Of a DNA stretch of 64,000 bases, positions 37,900 through 49,200 are shown one piece after another. Made by a program: the position numbers and the translations under genes. Within the stretch, counting starts at the first letter, position 1, and every line of letters starts with the position of its first letter. The stretch is taken from positions 1,240,001 to 1,304,000 of the forward strand of contig MU053758.1 in assembly GCA_013239625.1 (NCBI GenBank), in the 5' to 3' direction. The notes beneath the pieces were generated by a model. It worked only from the letters and a program-made list of their open reading frames with translations. It made no database searches and was not told the DNA's origin. This DNA comes from Lama guanicoe. Taxonomy: Eukaryota.

Positions 37900-40190
37900 G
37901 TGTTTTGTTCTTAAACACAGTCAAGGATCACCAAATATTTGAGCAAAACCTTCAAAATGAAAGAGTCTAAAATAAACAAGCAGAAAAAAGGAACTTAAAA
38001 AACAGATGTTGCAAAAAGCAAAATAAAAACTCCCTCTTCCGATTAATATAGAGATATGATATGAAGATATTTCATCCATAAAACAAGCATAGAGTGCTAT
38101 AAAAACATTTGGAGGACAAGAAAGAGTTTGTAGAATGAAAAATAAGATAGGTGAAATTTTAAAGTAAACAGAACCAGAATATAAAGTCTAGAAACTCTCT
38201 TAAAATAATAATAGAAAGAAAAAGGATTAAAGTTAGGAAATAAAATTAGAGAATTGCCTCGGATAGCTATCATATGATTAAAAGAAGGTGAGAAGCACAC
38301 AAACAAAAAAGAGTAAGAATGGATAAAAGGGAAACTTTCTAAGAATGAAGAATAGAGACTCTGAATTGGTAGGTCTCACTGAGTGCCCCAGAATTATGAA
38401 CAGAAAAAAAAAAAAGACTTCAAACCAAGGCATATAATCTAGAATGTTCAAAACATTAGAAATAAAGACAGGATCCAAAAACGTAACACAAAGGATCGTG
38501 GATCAAAATGGCATCAGACTTCTTAAGAGTAAAACTGAAAACAAAGACAATGGAAAATGCCTTGAAAATTTTGAGAGAAAATTATTTCCAAAAGAACTGA
38601 TGAAAACCATGAATACACAGATCCAGGAAGCACAAAATATCTCAAATATGAGCAAGAAAAATAAATTCATACCTTGTCACATCATAGTGAATCTGTTGGA
38701 CATCAAATAAATAGAAGATCTGCAAAGCAGAAAGAAAAAGACAGATGACCTCCAAAAGAATGGCAATTAGAGTAGCAGCAGATTTCACAAACAATGGCAG
38801 AAGTCAGAAGACAGCGGACTAACTTCCATTAAATGATAAGAAAAAATTATTAAGCACTATAAATTGCGTTCTCAGCAAATCTCATTCATTTATGAGGGGA
38901 AAAAATAATAATCTGTATAAGAAACAATCACATGAATTTACAAAGAGATCTTATCTAAAAGAATATACAAAGGATTTAGTTCAAGAAGTAGGAAGGTAGC
39001 AATGCAAGAAGGAAAGTGAGCAAAAAGAACGGTTAAATAAAAATAAGCCCAAACAACTACTGTCTCAGTAAAGTAATACAGGAATCTAATCTGTGGGGAT
39101 TAAGAAAAGACAGAACTGAAATGTCCAAAATCAGTAAATTGGGGGAAAAGCAATAGTGAGTTAGGAGGGTTAGAGCAGAGTTAAAGTGATCTAAAAGCTA
39201 TTTCATTGACCAGGATGAAGGGCAAAATATCATTTGACATTAATTCATTAAATGTGCATATTAAAATATATAGAGATACCACTAAAGTAAGATAAATAGG
39301 TTACAGAAATACCAAACCAGCGTAAGAGGAAAAGTGGAATAAATAGGGGAGAAATCATCCCCGCAAAGGCAAGAAACTAGCATTTTAAGTTCTCGCCAAT
39401 ACAGTAAGATAAGAAGAAATTAGAAGCATAATGATTTGAAATCACCTGTCATAGAGAAAGTAATGAATTTACAGCAAACCACTAAAAAATAATAGTGTTT
39501 AGCAAGGTGGCTGGATCTTATGATCAGCATAGAAAAATTAATTGTAATTCTATATACCAGCAGCGATTAGGAAATATATATTTTTAAAAGATAACTTTTA
39601 TAGAGAAAAAACTTAATACCTAAGACTAAATCTATTAAAAGATGTACAAGATCTATACTTAGAAATTATAAAACTTTACTGAGACACCTTAAGGGTGACC
39701 TAAATAAATGAAGAAATATTCCATGTTCATGCATAGAAAGATAAAGATCAAAACAACAAAGATTAAATAACATAATAATTAAATATATTAAGTGTTAACA
39801 CATAATTTTAAAAAGCAAGAAAATGTTAAACACAAAATTCAATATACTAGTTATCCATAAGGGAAAGGCAAGAGATGGGATGGGGGAATATATAGCTATG
39901 ATGTTATTAATGTTTTAGTTCTTAAGTTGTGCAGTGGGTTAATAAGTGATCATTAAATTTATAAATAAGCAGAAAATATTTTAAGAGTCTTAACGACGTG
40001 TTTGAACACAGACATAACTACAACAAAATAAAACTAAGACATTACCAACTAAAAATGAGAAAATTTATCAGATGAATTCAAATAAAAACACAGGACAAAT
40101 TAGCATATTAATACCAGACTATATAATTTTAAGGTAAAATGCACTACATTAATTAAAGACTCTGTGTATGTGTATTTATATATATTCAGT
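37900..40190 (+). mobile_element. Ancient L1M fragments (ORF1/ORF2 debris)
   Basis: catgaatacacagatccaggaagcac; gtttagcaaggtggctggat; gacctaaataaatgaagaaatattccatgttcatg. Confidence 0.7.
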
Positions 40191-41299
40191 AAAATATTTA
40201 TTTATTCAGATTTTTTTTTTCAGTAAAAGGTACATTTAATAGTGAAGAAGTAATAGAAATGCGCCTTTGAGTCAAATAACAAAGCATCAAAATATCCACA
40301 GCCAGACTTCTGGAAAAAAATAGTGGAGTATGACCCAATCACAACTCCCTTCACTTCGTATTTAATGAAGTGAACAAAAACCATTGAATAACAGTGTAAG
40401 GGGAGAGTATTGTAATTACCCACAACAGTTCCTCAAGAAAGGAAATAGACTCAACTCAGTATCATTCACTCCAAAGAGTGACAGCCAAGGGGTGGGGTAG
40501 GGGGAGGAATAATCTGCATTGACAGAGCAATATGGCTGAACTCCTAATGTCATTTTAAAAATGAGCTTCCAAATCCAAAAAGGATGGAACCAAATACATG
40601 TGTCTCCTTATCTTTTCCTTCTTTTGACTAGATGGTGATGAAAATGACCTCTGGGAAGAGACCAGTAAAGGAGGGGCTGTGAACTGTGTGGCAGAAGTGA
40701 AATTTCCAGGCCACAAACAAGACTGGAAGAACACCCCAAAGCCTATAATGATGAATGGGGTGTACCCTGGACTCGGGTGAGGCAAACCTAGCAACTCCAA
40801 CCTCTTAACATTTCCTGTAAGCTCCTTTTTTAACCTTAGAATGCTCTTTCAGGAAATATTTTTTATTATGAAGGAAGATGTATTTTTTAATTCAGCAATT
40901 CTCTTCATTCACTTGAGAGTTTTGGGGGTGTTGATTGTTTGGTGGTTTATTATTATTATTACTATTACCTTCTGTTAACTAAAATTCAATAGTTTTCATT
41001 AAGAAAAAGCATATTCAGTATGATTCCAATATTATAAAAATACTCCTGTCTCTCTAATCCATCTAACGTTAGTGACAATTATTGCTGGGTGATAAGATTT
41101 GAGATAACTTATTGTTGTCTTTATACTTTCCTGCATTGCTTCAATTCTTTAAAAGAAGCATGCATCATTTTATAAACACAATTCAGTGTGTATATAAGGA
41201 GAGAGAGAAACAGAGTTACAGAATTGTAATAATGACAACAACAATAGTTTACACCCTGGGTTCTGTCTATCTGGCACTGTTCTAAACTCTTTACATGTA

Positions 41300-41379
41300 C
41301 GAGGTTGAATCATATGAAATTGCCAGTATTTGACTGTTCATGACCTACAAAAACAGTAGTTTCATGTGGTCCAAACTTA
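41300..41379. mobile_element. MADE2-like mariner MITE inside a MIR
   Basis: ~80-bp palindrome aggttgaatcatatgaaattgcc...gtagtttcatgtggtccaaactt flanked by TA. Confidence 0.8.
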
Positions 41380-41798
41380 TATTTACTCCTTTAATCCTTA
41401 AACAACCCTAAGACGAAGATGGAGATCCAAACCTGCCAGAAACACAAAGAGAAATCAAGTGCCATCCTTCTCCAGACGCCCCCCACCCCTGCCCCAGCCC
41501 TCATCCTCTAGCCTTGCACTCACACCCTGCTCCACAGGTTAGTGTGTCCCGAGACACGTTAAGAGGCGGCATCAGTCATCAACCTGAGCTCCAAAGGCAG
41601 GACAAGTGGCCTTGCTCTAGCTCAAGTGATTCCCTAAATGAAGCCACCTCTGGTTTCTAGGAGCTACAGGGTCTTCTGAACTTCAATTTCTGTTTGAGAG
41701 CAGACAGAACAGTTTTGGTACATTTGCAATTCCCAGTGGTGCCCCCATCCATGTCCCCCACCCGGGCACGGAAGCAGGACACACTTGAAAGTTTCGTG

Positions 41799-41804
41799 TT
41801 TATT
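41799..41804 (-). terminator. Polyadenylation signal AATAAA of TBX21
   Basis: tttatt on + strand ~760 nt after the stop; GT-rich sequence (GTGTGTCC) follows on the minus strand. Confidence 0.75.
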
Positions 41805-41942
41805 TTCAGAAAGTGATGAAAACAAAAGATATATATTCAAACACCACTCTCTGTACAATAAATAGCCTCCCCTGTTCCAAAAATAAAAATTAAAAAGAAA
41901 AAGAAAAGAAAAATGCTCCCTGATACACAACCACCACTCCGT

Positions 41943-42006
41943 CCTGAGGCGTGCACCATCTCCCCATCCCATCCCCTGAGGCGTGCACCATCCCCCCATC
42001 CCATCC
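41943..42006. repeat. 2 x 32-bp tandem duplication in TBX21 3'UTR
   Basis: cctgaggcgtgcaccatc(t/c)ccccatcccatcc twice, 1 mismatch. Confidence 0.95.
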
Positions 42007-42562
42007 CCTTCCTCAGGACCCCACTGTCTCCGAGCTGGTAGGGCCCAGGCTGGCTGCTCAAAGTCACCTGGGTCATCTCCCTGACCCTGGCTGGCTGGTT
42101 GTTATAAAATTCATGTGCCGTTATTTCCAGATCAGGGATTAACACACACACAAACAAAAACGTTGAAAGTTACTCTACAGAGAAAGAGATCTTGATTATC
42201 CAGTCCAGCCATCCACCTGACCCAGACCCTCACCCCACCCCCACCCCACAGAAGAGGAAGCTCTTTTGCATCCCAGACCTTCTGTTATCTGGCTGGGAAC
42301 CCACAGCCAGAAGCAGCACCAGGTAAATGGCTGTAGTTAGGGGCTGAGGAAGGGGCAGAGGACACTCTTTTCAGGTTTCATTGTGGGCCAGGAAGCAAGT
42401 GAACCCCAGAATCCTTCTTGGCCCCCCTCTTCCTCAACCAATTATAAAAGGGGAAGGGACAGAGGGAGTTAGAGACCTCTCAGTCCTGAGTCTGTGGTCT
42501 ACAGTAGTTGGTGTCTCCCAACCTAACAGCACTCTTTCTCTTCCGTTCACCACATCACCTGC

Positions 42563-43181
42563 TCAATTGGGAAAATAGTTATAAAACTGGCCTTCGGTTT
42601 CCTTATCAAAAGGAGAAGGAGCCCCCGCAGGGGAGGAACTGTCACCACTGGAAGGATAGGGGGACACACGCCTCCTCTTAGAGTCTCCTTCGCCCAGTCC
42701 CGAGTCACTGGACTCCGGCCGGATGGGGGTGATGTCAGTCCACAAGGAGGGGGAACCTTGGTCCTCTGGCCCCCGCCCCTCTGAGGCTCCAGGGCCAGGT
42801 TCCATGGGCAGAGTCCGCATGGAGCGGAACCAGCTGGCTGGGCCCATCTTGGGAGGGTACTGGGGGGCCACAGCCCAGCCAGCTCCAGGTGCCAGGACCT
42901 CCTGGCTTCGGTAGTAGGACATGGTGGGCCCAGGGGCAGAGGGCAGGAACGCAGGCTTCATGCTGACTGCTCGAAGCTCGGCCTCGTAGCTGTGGTCCCG
43001 GGGGGGCCCCAGCCAGTAAGGCTGAGGCACCACATCCTTGGCCTGGCCAGGAAGGTCGGGGTAGAAACGGCTGGGAACGGGATACTGGTTGGGGAGGAGA
43101 GATGAGTAGTGATCTCCCCCAAGCAATTGACAGTTCGGTCCAGGCGGAGAGGGGACGCTGGTGTCAACAGACGCATACATT
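42563..43181 (-). CDS. TBX21: T-bet coding exon 6 (C-terminal domain)
   Basis: T15-aag|A ATG TAT: MYASVDTSVPSPPGPNCQ...SPFDKETEGQFYNYFPN-TGA; 619 nt; six exons sum to an intact 535-aa ORF. Confidence 0.98.
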
Positions 43182-43418
43182 CTTAAAAAAAAAAAAAAAG
43201 AGGAAAAAAACAGGAAGCAAGAAGACAGGGGTCAAGAGCAGAACCATCACTTATGAACCTGCCCATTGCATGTCCCTCCCCAGACCTGCTGGCCCTCCAG
43301 GAGCACCCACCCCATGCTTCCCGATGCTCAGAGGCAGAGAGGGGACGTGCTGGAGTCCCAGTCTCAGAGGAACAAGAGGAGGCCTCTGCAAAGGTGAGCT
43401 GAACCCAGTGGTACTTAC

Positions 43419-43480
43419 GACTCAAAGTTCTCCCGGAATCCTTTGGCAAAAGGGTTGTTATCAATTTTCAGCTGAGTAAT
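43419..43480 (-). CDS. TBX21: T-bet coding exon 5 (end of T-box)
   Basis: ctctag|ATT ACT CAG: ITQLKIDNNPFAKGFRENFES; donor TC|GTAAGT; 62 nt. Confidence 0.97.
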
Positions 43481-43624
43481 CTAGAGAGAGGGGAAACAGA
43501 GTCACCTGAATCCTGAGCCTGTGGCTGGGGAGCTTACAGAATCCTTCCTAGGGGATACTAGGGGCCTGTTCTCCCCCTAATCCCCCTCCCAGGCTCAGCC
43601 CACCCTTGCCCAGGCAGCCCCCAC

Positions 43625-43783
43625 CTCCGCATTCTGGTAGGCAGTCACGGCAATGAATTGGGTTTCTTGGAAAGTAAAGATGTGCGCATTGGAAGCGTTG
43701 CAGGCTGCCTCTGGCTCTCCATCGTTCACTTCAACGATGTGCAGCCGGGGCTGGTACTTATGGAGGGACTGCAGCACGATCAT
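43625..43783 (-). CDS. TBX21: T-bet coding exon 4 (T-box)
   Basis: ctcag|ATG ATC: MIVLQSLHKYQPRLHIVEVNDGEPEAACNASNAHIFTFQETQFIAVTAYQNAE; donor GAG|GTGGGG; 159 nt. Confidence 0.98.
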
Positions 43784-44372
43784 CTGAGAGGCAGTGAGAC
43801 GGCTGTGAGGGTGGGAGGAGGAGTTCAAAGGACCCCACCTCCATGGCTGGCCCTGTGGCCAGGCTCAAAAGGACCCTGAGGTCATGGTGGCCATTCCCCT
43901 GCCCTGCCACCATGTAACTTCTCCCAGGCCTTCCAACCCTAGTCCCCAGCCTCTTTAGGGCACCAATTCTATCCTCCTGCCCCCTTCCCTATCCCCAGAT
44001 GTCCACTGTGACCAAGCTATTAGTACAAACAGGGCTTTTCAGGGATAAGGGCATTTTAATAGGACTACTCAACTCAAAGAAACTCTGCGTCCATTCCCTG
44101 GGACCACCGGTACCAGCTTTATACCCAATACAGTACACGAGCCATGGCAGCCGGGATTCAGTGAAGAAATCCCCAGGCTGGTTTGTCCCATGTTGGCCTG
44201 AATGTGATCCCTGCCTGCCCTGAGATTCAGTTCCCTCCCAAGGTGGGTAGAAAAGAACCAGAGTCAGAGAGGAAGAAAAGTCACTCCTACAGAACAGAAT
44301 CAGCCTACAGGACCTACTGTGGCCTCAGGGATGGGGACGGGGGCGGGGCTCGCCCATGGGGAGGAGTCCCAC

Positions 44373-44494
44373 CTGGGTCACATTGTTGGAGGCCCCCTTG
44401 TTGTTGGTGAGCTTTAGTTTCCCAAATGAAACTTCCTGGCGCATCCAGTGGGCTCCAGTGTTGGGGGAATCGGGGTGGACGTACAGGCGGTTTC
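44373..44494 (-). CDS. TBX21: T-bet coding exon 3 (T-box)
   Basis: ccacag|[49 protein letters not shown]; donor CAG|GTGGGA; 122 nt. Confidence 0.97.
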
Positions 44495-44823
44495 CTGTGG
44501 ACAGTTAATCTCTTTGGCATACAGCCCCTGGGACCAGGCCCCTGGTGATGTGGGACTTCTTTGCCTGTTCTGAGGGGGATGGCAAGAAAGAAGCAGGGAG
44601 GAGACAGACGGGGCAGGGCAGGGGGAGGTGTGGGCAGAGGACTGAGCTGAAGATAGGCTACAGCAAAGTAGGAGATGATAAAGAGAACGGAAGTGAGAAG
44701 TGGGAGAGGATGGGGTGAGATGGGATGGAATGGGATGGTGTGGGGTGGGGTGGGATGGGAAGGATGGAACAGAGAATTAAATGCTAGGAGTCACGGGCAA
44801 GGGCTTGGAGGTTCCTCCTGGAT

Positions 44824-44837
44824 CCACCAGGGGGCGC
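44824..44837 (+). promoter_or_regulatory. CTCF core motif in TBX21 intron 2
   Basis: CCACCAGGGGGCGC, exact match to the CTCF core consensus CCASYAGRKGGCRS. Confidence 0.7.
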
Positions 44838-44885
44838 CCAGTCTTAGAGAAAAGGTGTGCCCACCGCTCCCAAGGAGGCTTATAC

Positions 44886-45040
44886 CTGGCATGCTGCCCT
44901 CAGCCTTTCCACACTGCACCCACTTGCCGCTCTGATACCGCCAGTGGTGCTGGTCCACCAAGACCACGTCCACAAACATCCGGTAATGACTGGTGGGCTC
45001 CAGCCCAGCCACAGTAAATGACAGGAATGGGAACATCCGC
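44886..45040 (-). CDS. TBX21: T-bet coding exon 2 (T-box)
   Basis: ttctccccag|G CGG ATG TTC: RMFPFLSFTVAGLEPTSHYRMFVDVVLVDQHHWRYQSGKWVQCGKAEGSMP; donor CAG|GTATAA; 155 nt, phase matches exon 1. Confidence 0.98.
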
Positions 45041-45121
45041 CTGGGGAGAAGAGAGAGACCCACTAATATCCATCGGCCCCCCAGCCCCGGGACAGCCATC
45101 CCTTGTGCAAAGGCCATCCGT

Positions 45122-45553
45122 CAGTGGCGTGCTGGAGCTGGCTCCCGCCCCACACCAAAGCCAGATGGAGAGGTCCAGAAAGCCTGCCAGCCAGTTGTTA
45201 AAACAGCCACGGTTAAAAATTAAATTATATAAACTTACAATTAAATACATTACATTAGAAGCCAAGGTAAGAAATACTCCAAAATCATCACTTCCCAGTT
45301 CTTTCAGTCCATTTTACTTTCATCTCTGCTCTTGAGGTTGTTTACGTCTCCTCTGCCTGTATGGTGGAGATACTAGATAATGTGCGCTACCACTGGTCTC
45401 TTCCCGACTCTGCGTTCCGTGATATCACGTGGGTAGCTTAAAAGCAGCATTGCAAGGGTATTTACCACAGAAATCAGCAAACACTACGAATCAGCTTTTT
45501 AAAATGTTCTTCTTTCAGAGGGTCAGTTGCTAGACATTAGCAGCACACCACTG
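45122..45553 (+). mobile_element. MER63B-like hAT MITE in TBX21 intron 1
   Basis: TIRs cagtggcgtgctg / cagcacaccactg; internal aaaaattaaattatataaacttacaattaaata. Confidence 0.85.
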
Positions 45554-45959
45554 TCCGTACTCTTCGTTTGCCTCCTAGCGGGGAGCAAAGCCACAAGCCA
45601 GCCCCAGACAGGCTGTTCCTAGTAGGTCCTCATGCCTCACTTCCCTGAACCCTGGTGTGGCCTCAGTCCGTCATCCATCCTCTCCACTGTAGTTCTCATG
45701 GTGCTAGCACAGGCCTAGCCCCACAGCGCCCATCCACAGGCCCTCCCCGCCCCATCGTCATGGGCCAGATGTCTGCAGTGTGGTCTGCTCCAGGCCTGAG
45801 TCTTCAAAGTTCTAGCTGGAACTTCCCATCCACATCCCATCAAAAAGGACTCTTGACCACAGTCCTTATGTTCAAAGTCCTGGTTCCCGGGAAAAGGAAT
45901 TTGGATTTGGTGTGCTGTGTTACTGTGCCAGAGTATTCAATTCAGAGAAAGCAGCACTC

Positions 45960-46270
45960 CTATACCACAACCATCTTCCACCAGCTCCACCAGTCCCACT
46001 CCCAACACATCACTACAACCAACACCTCCACCACCACCACCATCACTAAACCAACACCTCCACTATCACTACCCCTAACACCACCACCACTACAACCATC
46101 ATCTCCACCATCACCACCCCCACCACCACCATCACTGTAACCAGCACCTCCACCATCACAGCCATCACCACACCCACCACCACAACTATTACCTACACTA
46201 TTACCATCACTACAATTATCCCCTCCATTATCCCCACCATCACTACAACCACCACCTCTACCATCACCAG
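45960..46270. repeat. Degenerate (CAC/CAT)n low-complexity repeat in intron 1
   Basis: Directly visible caccaccaccatcact units. Confidence 0.92.
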
Positions 46271-49200
46271 CTCTAACGGCTTAAACCCTTGCTCTTCTAA
46301 CCCAAGCAGGAAGGGCAGAGTTTTTAAGATGGCAGAGTCAAACTTTCACCAGAATTACTTTTCATTCTCACACACTTCTCCCCTCCTCTGACAAAAAGCC
46401 CCTCAGGATGGGATGAAAGGTACTGGTCCGTGAGTCAGGAAACCTGGGGGAGGGAGAGTTCAAGAGGTCTAGGAACGCTTTGGGGTAGATTCTAGTCCCC
46501 AGAGGGTCCCAGAGCAACATCCCTAATAACCTCGAAAGATCTCCCTGGAGGGCAGTCACAGTCCCATCTTCCCCAGATTCTCCTGGGCTGAGCAAAAGAG
46601 ACCACTGGCCCTATGACCTTGGATAAGTTAATTCCCAAACCAAACCTCAGTTTCTTCACCTATAAATGGAGATAATAACTCCTGTCCCCCTTTCCTCTGA
46701 GAGGTGTTAAGAAGTTTGAAAGATGTGAAACTCAGCTCACCATCTCTCCCGTCCCACCCCCATCCCACCTCCTCCCAGGCCCAGAGCCGTCAAAGCACTC
46801 TGGCCTTGCAAAAAGACCCTGAGCAAAAATCCAGAGTTCCAGTTCTAGACCCTTGGTCCCAGGCGCTCGGCCCGCCAGTTGACTTCAAAAATCAGAGGTG
46901 AGGTGTGAGGCTCTGAGCATTTGAGGGTGGGAGAATATTTTCAACGCGTTTCTACCAATGACTCATTCTGCAACCTATATTGTAACCTGTTCCTATCCAA
47001 ACTTGTAGGAATAAAATGAGAGAAGAAAACAAATTCATTGAGCCCCTATGCAGCAGTCAGTTCACTGAACCAGTCCTTTGAGACAGCAAATGTTATTTCC
47101 ATTCAAATGTTACTTGAAGAAAACAAGGCTCAAAGAGGTTTGCCGATGGCTCCCTGATAGGAGAGCAGAGCTGGGGTCTCCTGCAGCCTCCATACCTCCA
47201 TCCTGCTTCTCCCTAGCAGGAGGAAAGGCAGGTGACACAGGAGGACCGTGGGGAAGAGGGAGAAGAGAAAGGAGATCTCAACTTCATCCTAAAAGTTTAG
47301 AATCACCACCAGCTGGGATTCCCAAAATAGCCCCTGATTTACATGACAGTTTGCTGGGAGGGAAGAGGGAGTGAAGATAGGTCTGGTGCCAAAATGAGCC
47401 CCCTACAAAAGACCACTTACCGTTCTGCCCTCAGAGGATAAGGTCCAAGACCCCCAAATTCCTCTGCTGCCCCTCAGGACCATCCCCCCTGAAATGATCC
47501 GCAGGGTCTGTATCCCTTCCCCATCCTGAACACCTCTGACAATGCTCCAATTCACTGTCATTAAGTACAAATTAAAAGGAGATGGTTTTTATCAGTCATG
47601 TCGGCAAAATGTTTCAAATTTGGTAATATCCAATGTCGATGAGCCTGTGGGAAAGTGGGTCCTCTCGTTCACTATTGGTGGGGGTGTAAACTGGTACCAC
47701 GTTTTAGGAGTGTATTCTGGTTTTATTCCCTCTTTTTTTGTTATTTACTTTTTTTTTTTTTAGGAGTGTGTTCTGGCATCTGCCTATTCAAATGCGAAAA
47801 GCACTTGGCATCAAGAGATCGCCTCCTCCCACCAACCTTGGACCCACTTAATAGAAATTCGATGGCCACCAGCAAATGGCCGAACAGCAAGCAAAGCCGT
47901 TTTCACCTGCACCCAGAGAAATAAAGCTGGCTGAAAGCAAAAAAAAATTTTTTTTTTGTTTTTAAAGAGCTAAAGCGTTCTCAGAGTAGAAATGTAGAAA
48001 AGAGAAAACCAAAATGCCTGAGGCCAGCGATCGAAGATGATGTGGGACTGAAATTGTTTTATCGAGCCCTAATTTCACACATACACACACGAGTGCAAAT
48101 TGGGATGCTTAACAACAGAGCTACCCAAAGTTATCTTAATTATAATAATCAACTAATCACACCCAGAAAAGTGGGGATTGCCAGCAATTACTGCACATCC
48201 ACACACCCACACATCCACATACCCGGAGACAGCCGCCTCTCTCTTCCTCTACTGAGAAGGTCTGCCTTCGACTATTCCATGCCAGCCAACTCGGGCACAG
48301 CACACAGACTACCTCGCAGAGATGACATGAAGCCCAGCAACCCCAGGAGGCACTATAAGGCCCCAAAGCTCCACAAACACATAAACTTGAACTCCAAAGT
48401 CTCCAGTTGGCCAGACAATCTTTTTGTCCTGTTTCCCCTCCCAGCTCCATCTGAGCTGCCTGGCTCCGTCTCTAGACCCTGGAATCACTCCCGGCTCCCC
48501 GCCCCATTTCTGCCCATGCAGGAGAGTGTTTCGCTTGTCCACCCTGAGGATGGGGCTACGGTGGGTGTGAGGGAAGGATCTGGGAGGGACTGAGTCAGCC
48601 CAAGGCAAAAGGCTACGGGGCTGTGAGTGGGCCTGGGCTGGCAGGATTTTTCAAAAAGGAAGAAGGCCGTGGGTGATGTGGTAGTGACTGGTGGGTCACT
48701 GGCACCCACGGAAGGACAGGCCAGCCCGCCAAAAGAGAAGAACGGAAAGGGAGCTGTTCTCTGAGTCCAAGTCTTACTTTTCAGAAGTCGATAGAAGGAA
48801 ATGGCCGCCAACTTCCCAGATCACTGGAGCCCAAGCTCAGATACGGGGTGCTGACCCCAGAGGCTTGATCCACGAGGAGGCATCAAAGGAAGGGGTGAAG
48901 GGGCCACTGTCCCCTTCCAACAGTGTCCAACACGCCGCAGTGTCCGAAGCGGTCCCTCAGGATGGATTGAAAGTGTGAGGATTGTAAAACACACACACAC
49001 GCACGCACGCGTGCACATACACATGAAACATTTAGGGAAATTTGATGACATTTAGGAACTTCTTCTCAGGTTTGCTAATGGTATTGTATTTATTTTTAAA
49101 AAGCCATTTTTAAAGGTGCACAGAGAACTACTCAAGGATGAAGTAATAAAGTGTCTAGGATTTACTAATTACTTATACTGTCACTGAACATGGTTTCAGA

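Larger units (their letters stand above)
41780..42562 (-). other. TBX21: TBX21 3' UTR (3' end approximate)
   Basis: Runs from the stop codon to just past AATAAA (41799-41804); contains TATTTATT (41857-41864) and TGGTGCT (42315-42321). Confidence 0.75.

Noticed and set aside
45655..46140. 161-aa Thr/Pro-rich antisense ORF in intron 1
   Set aside because: Product of the (CAC)n low-complexity tract and a non-ATG start
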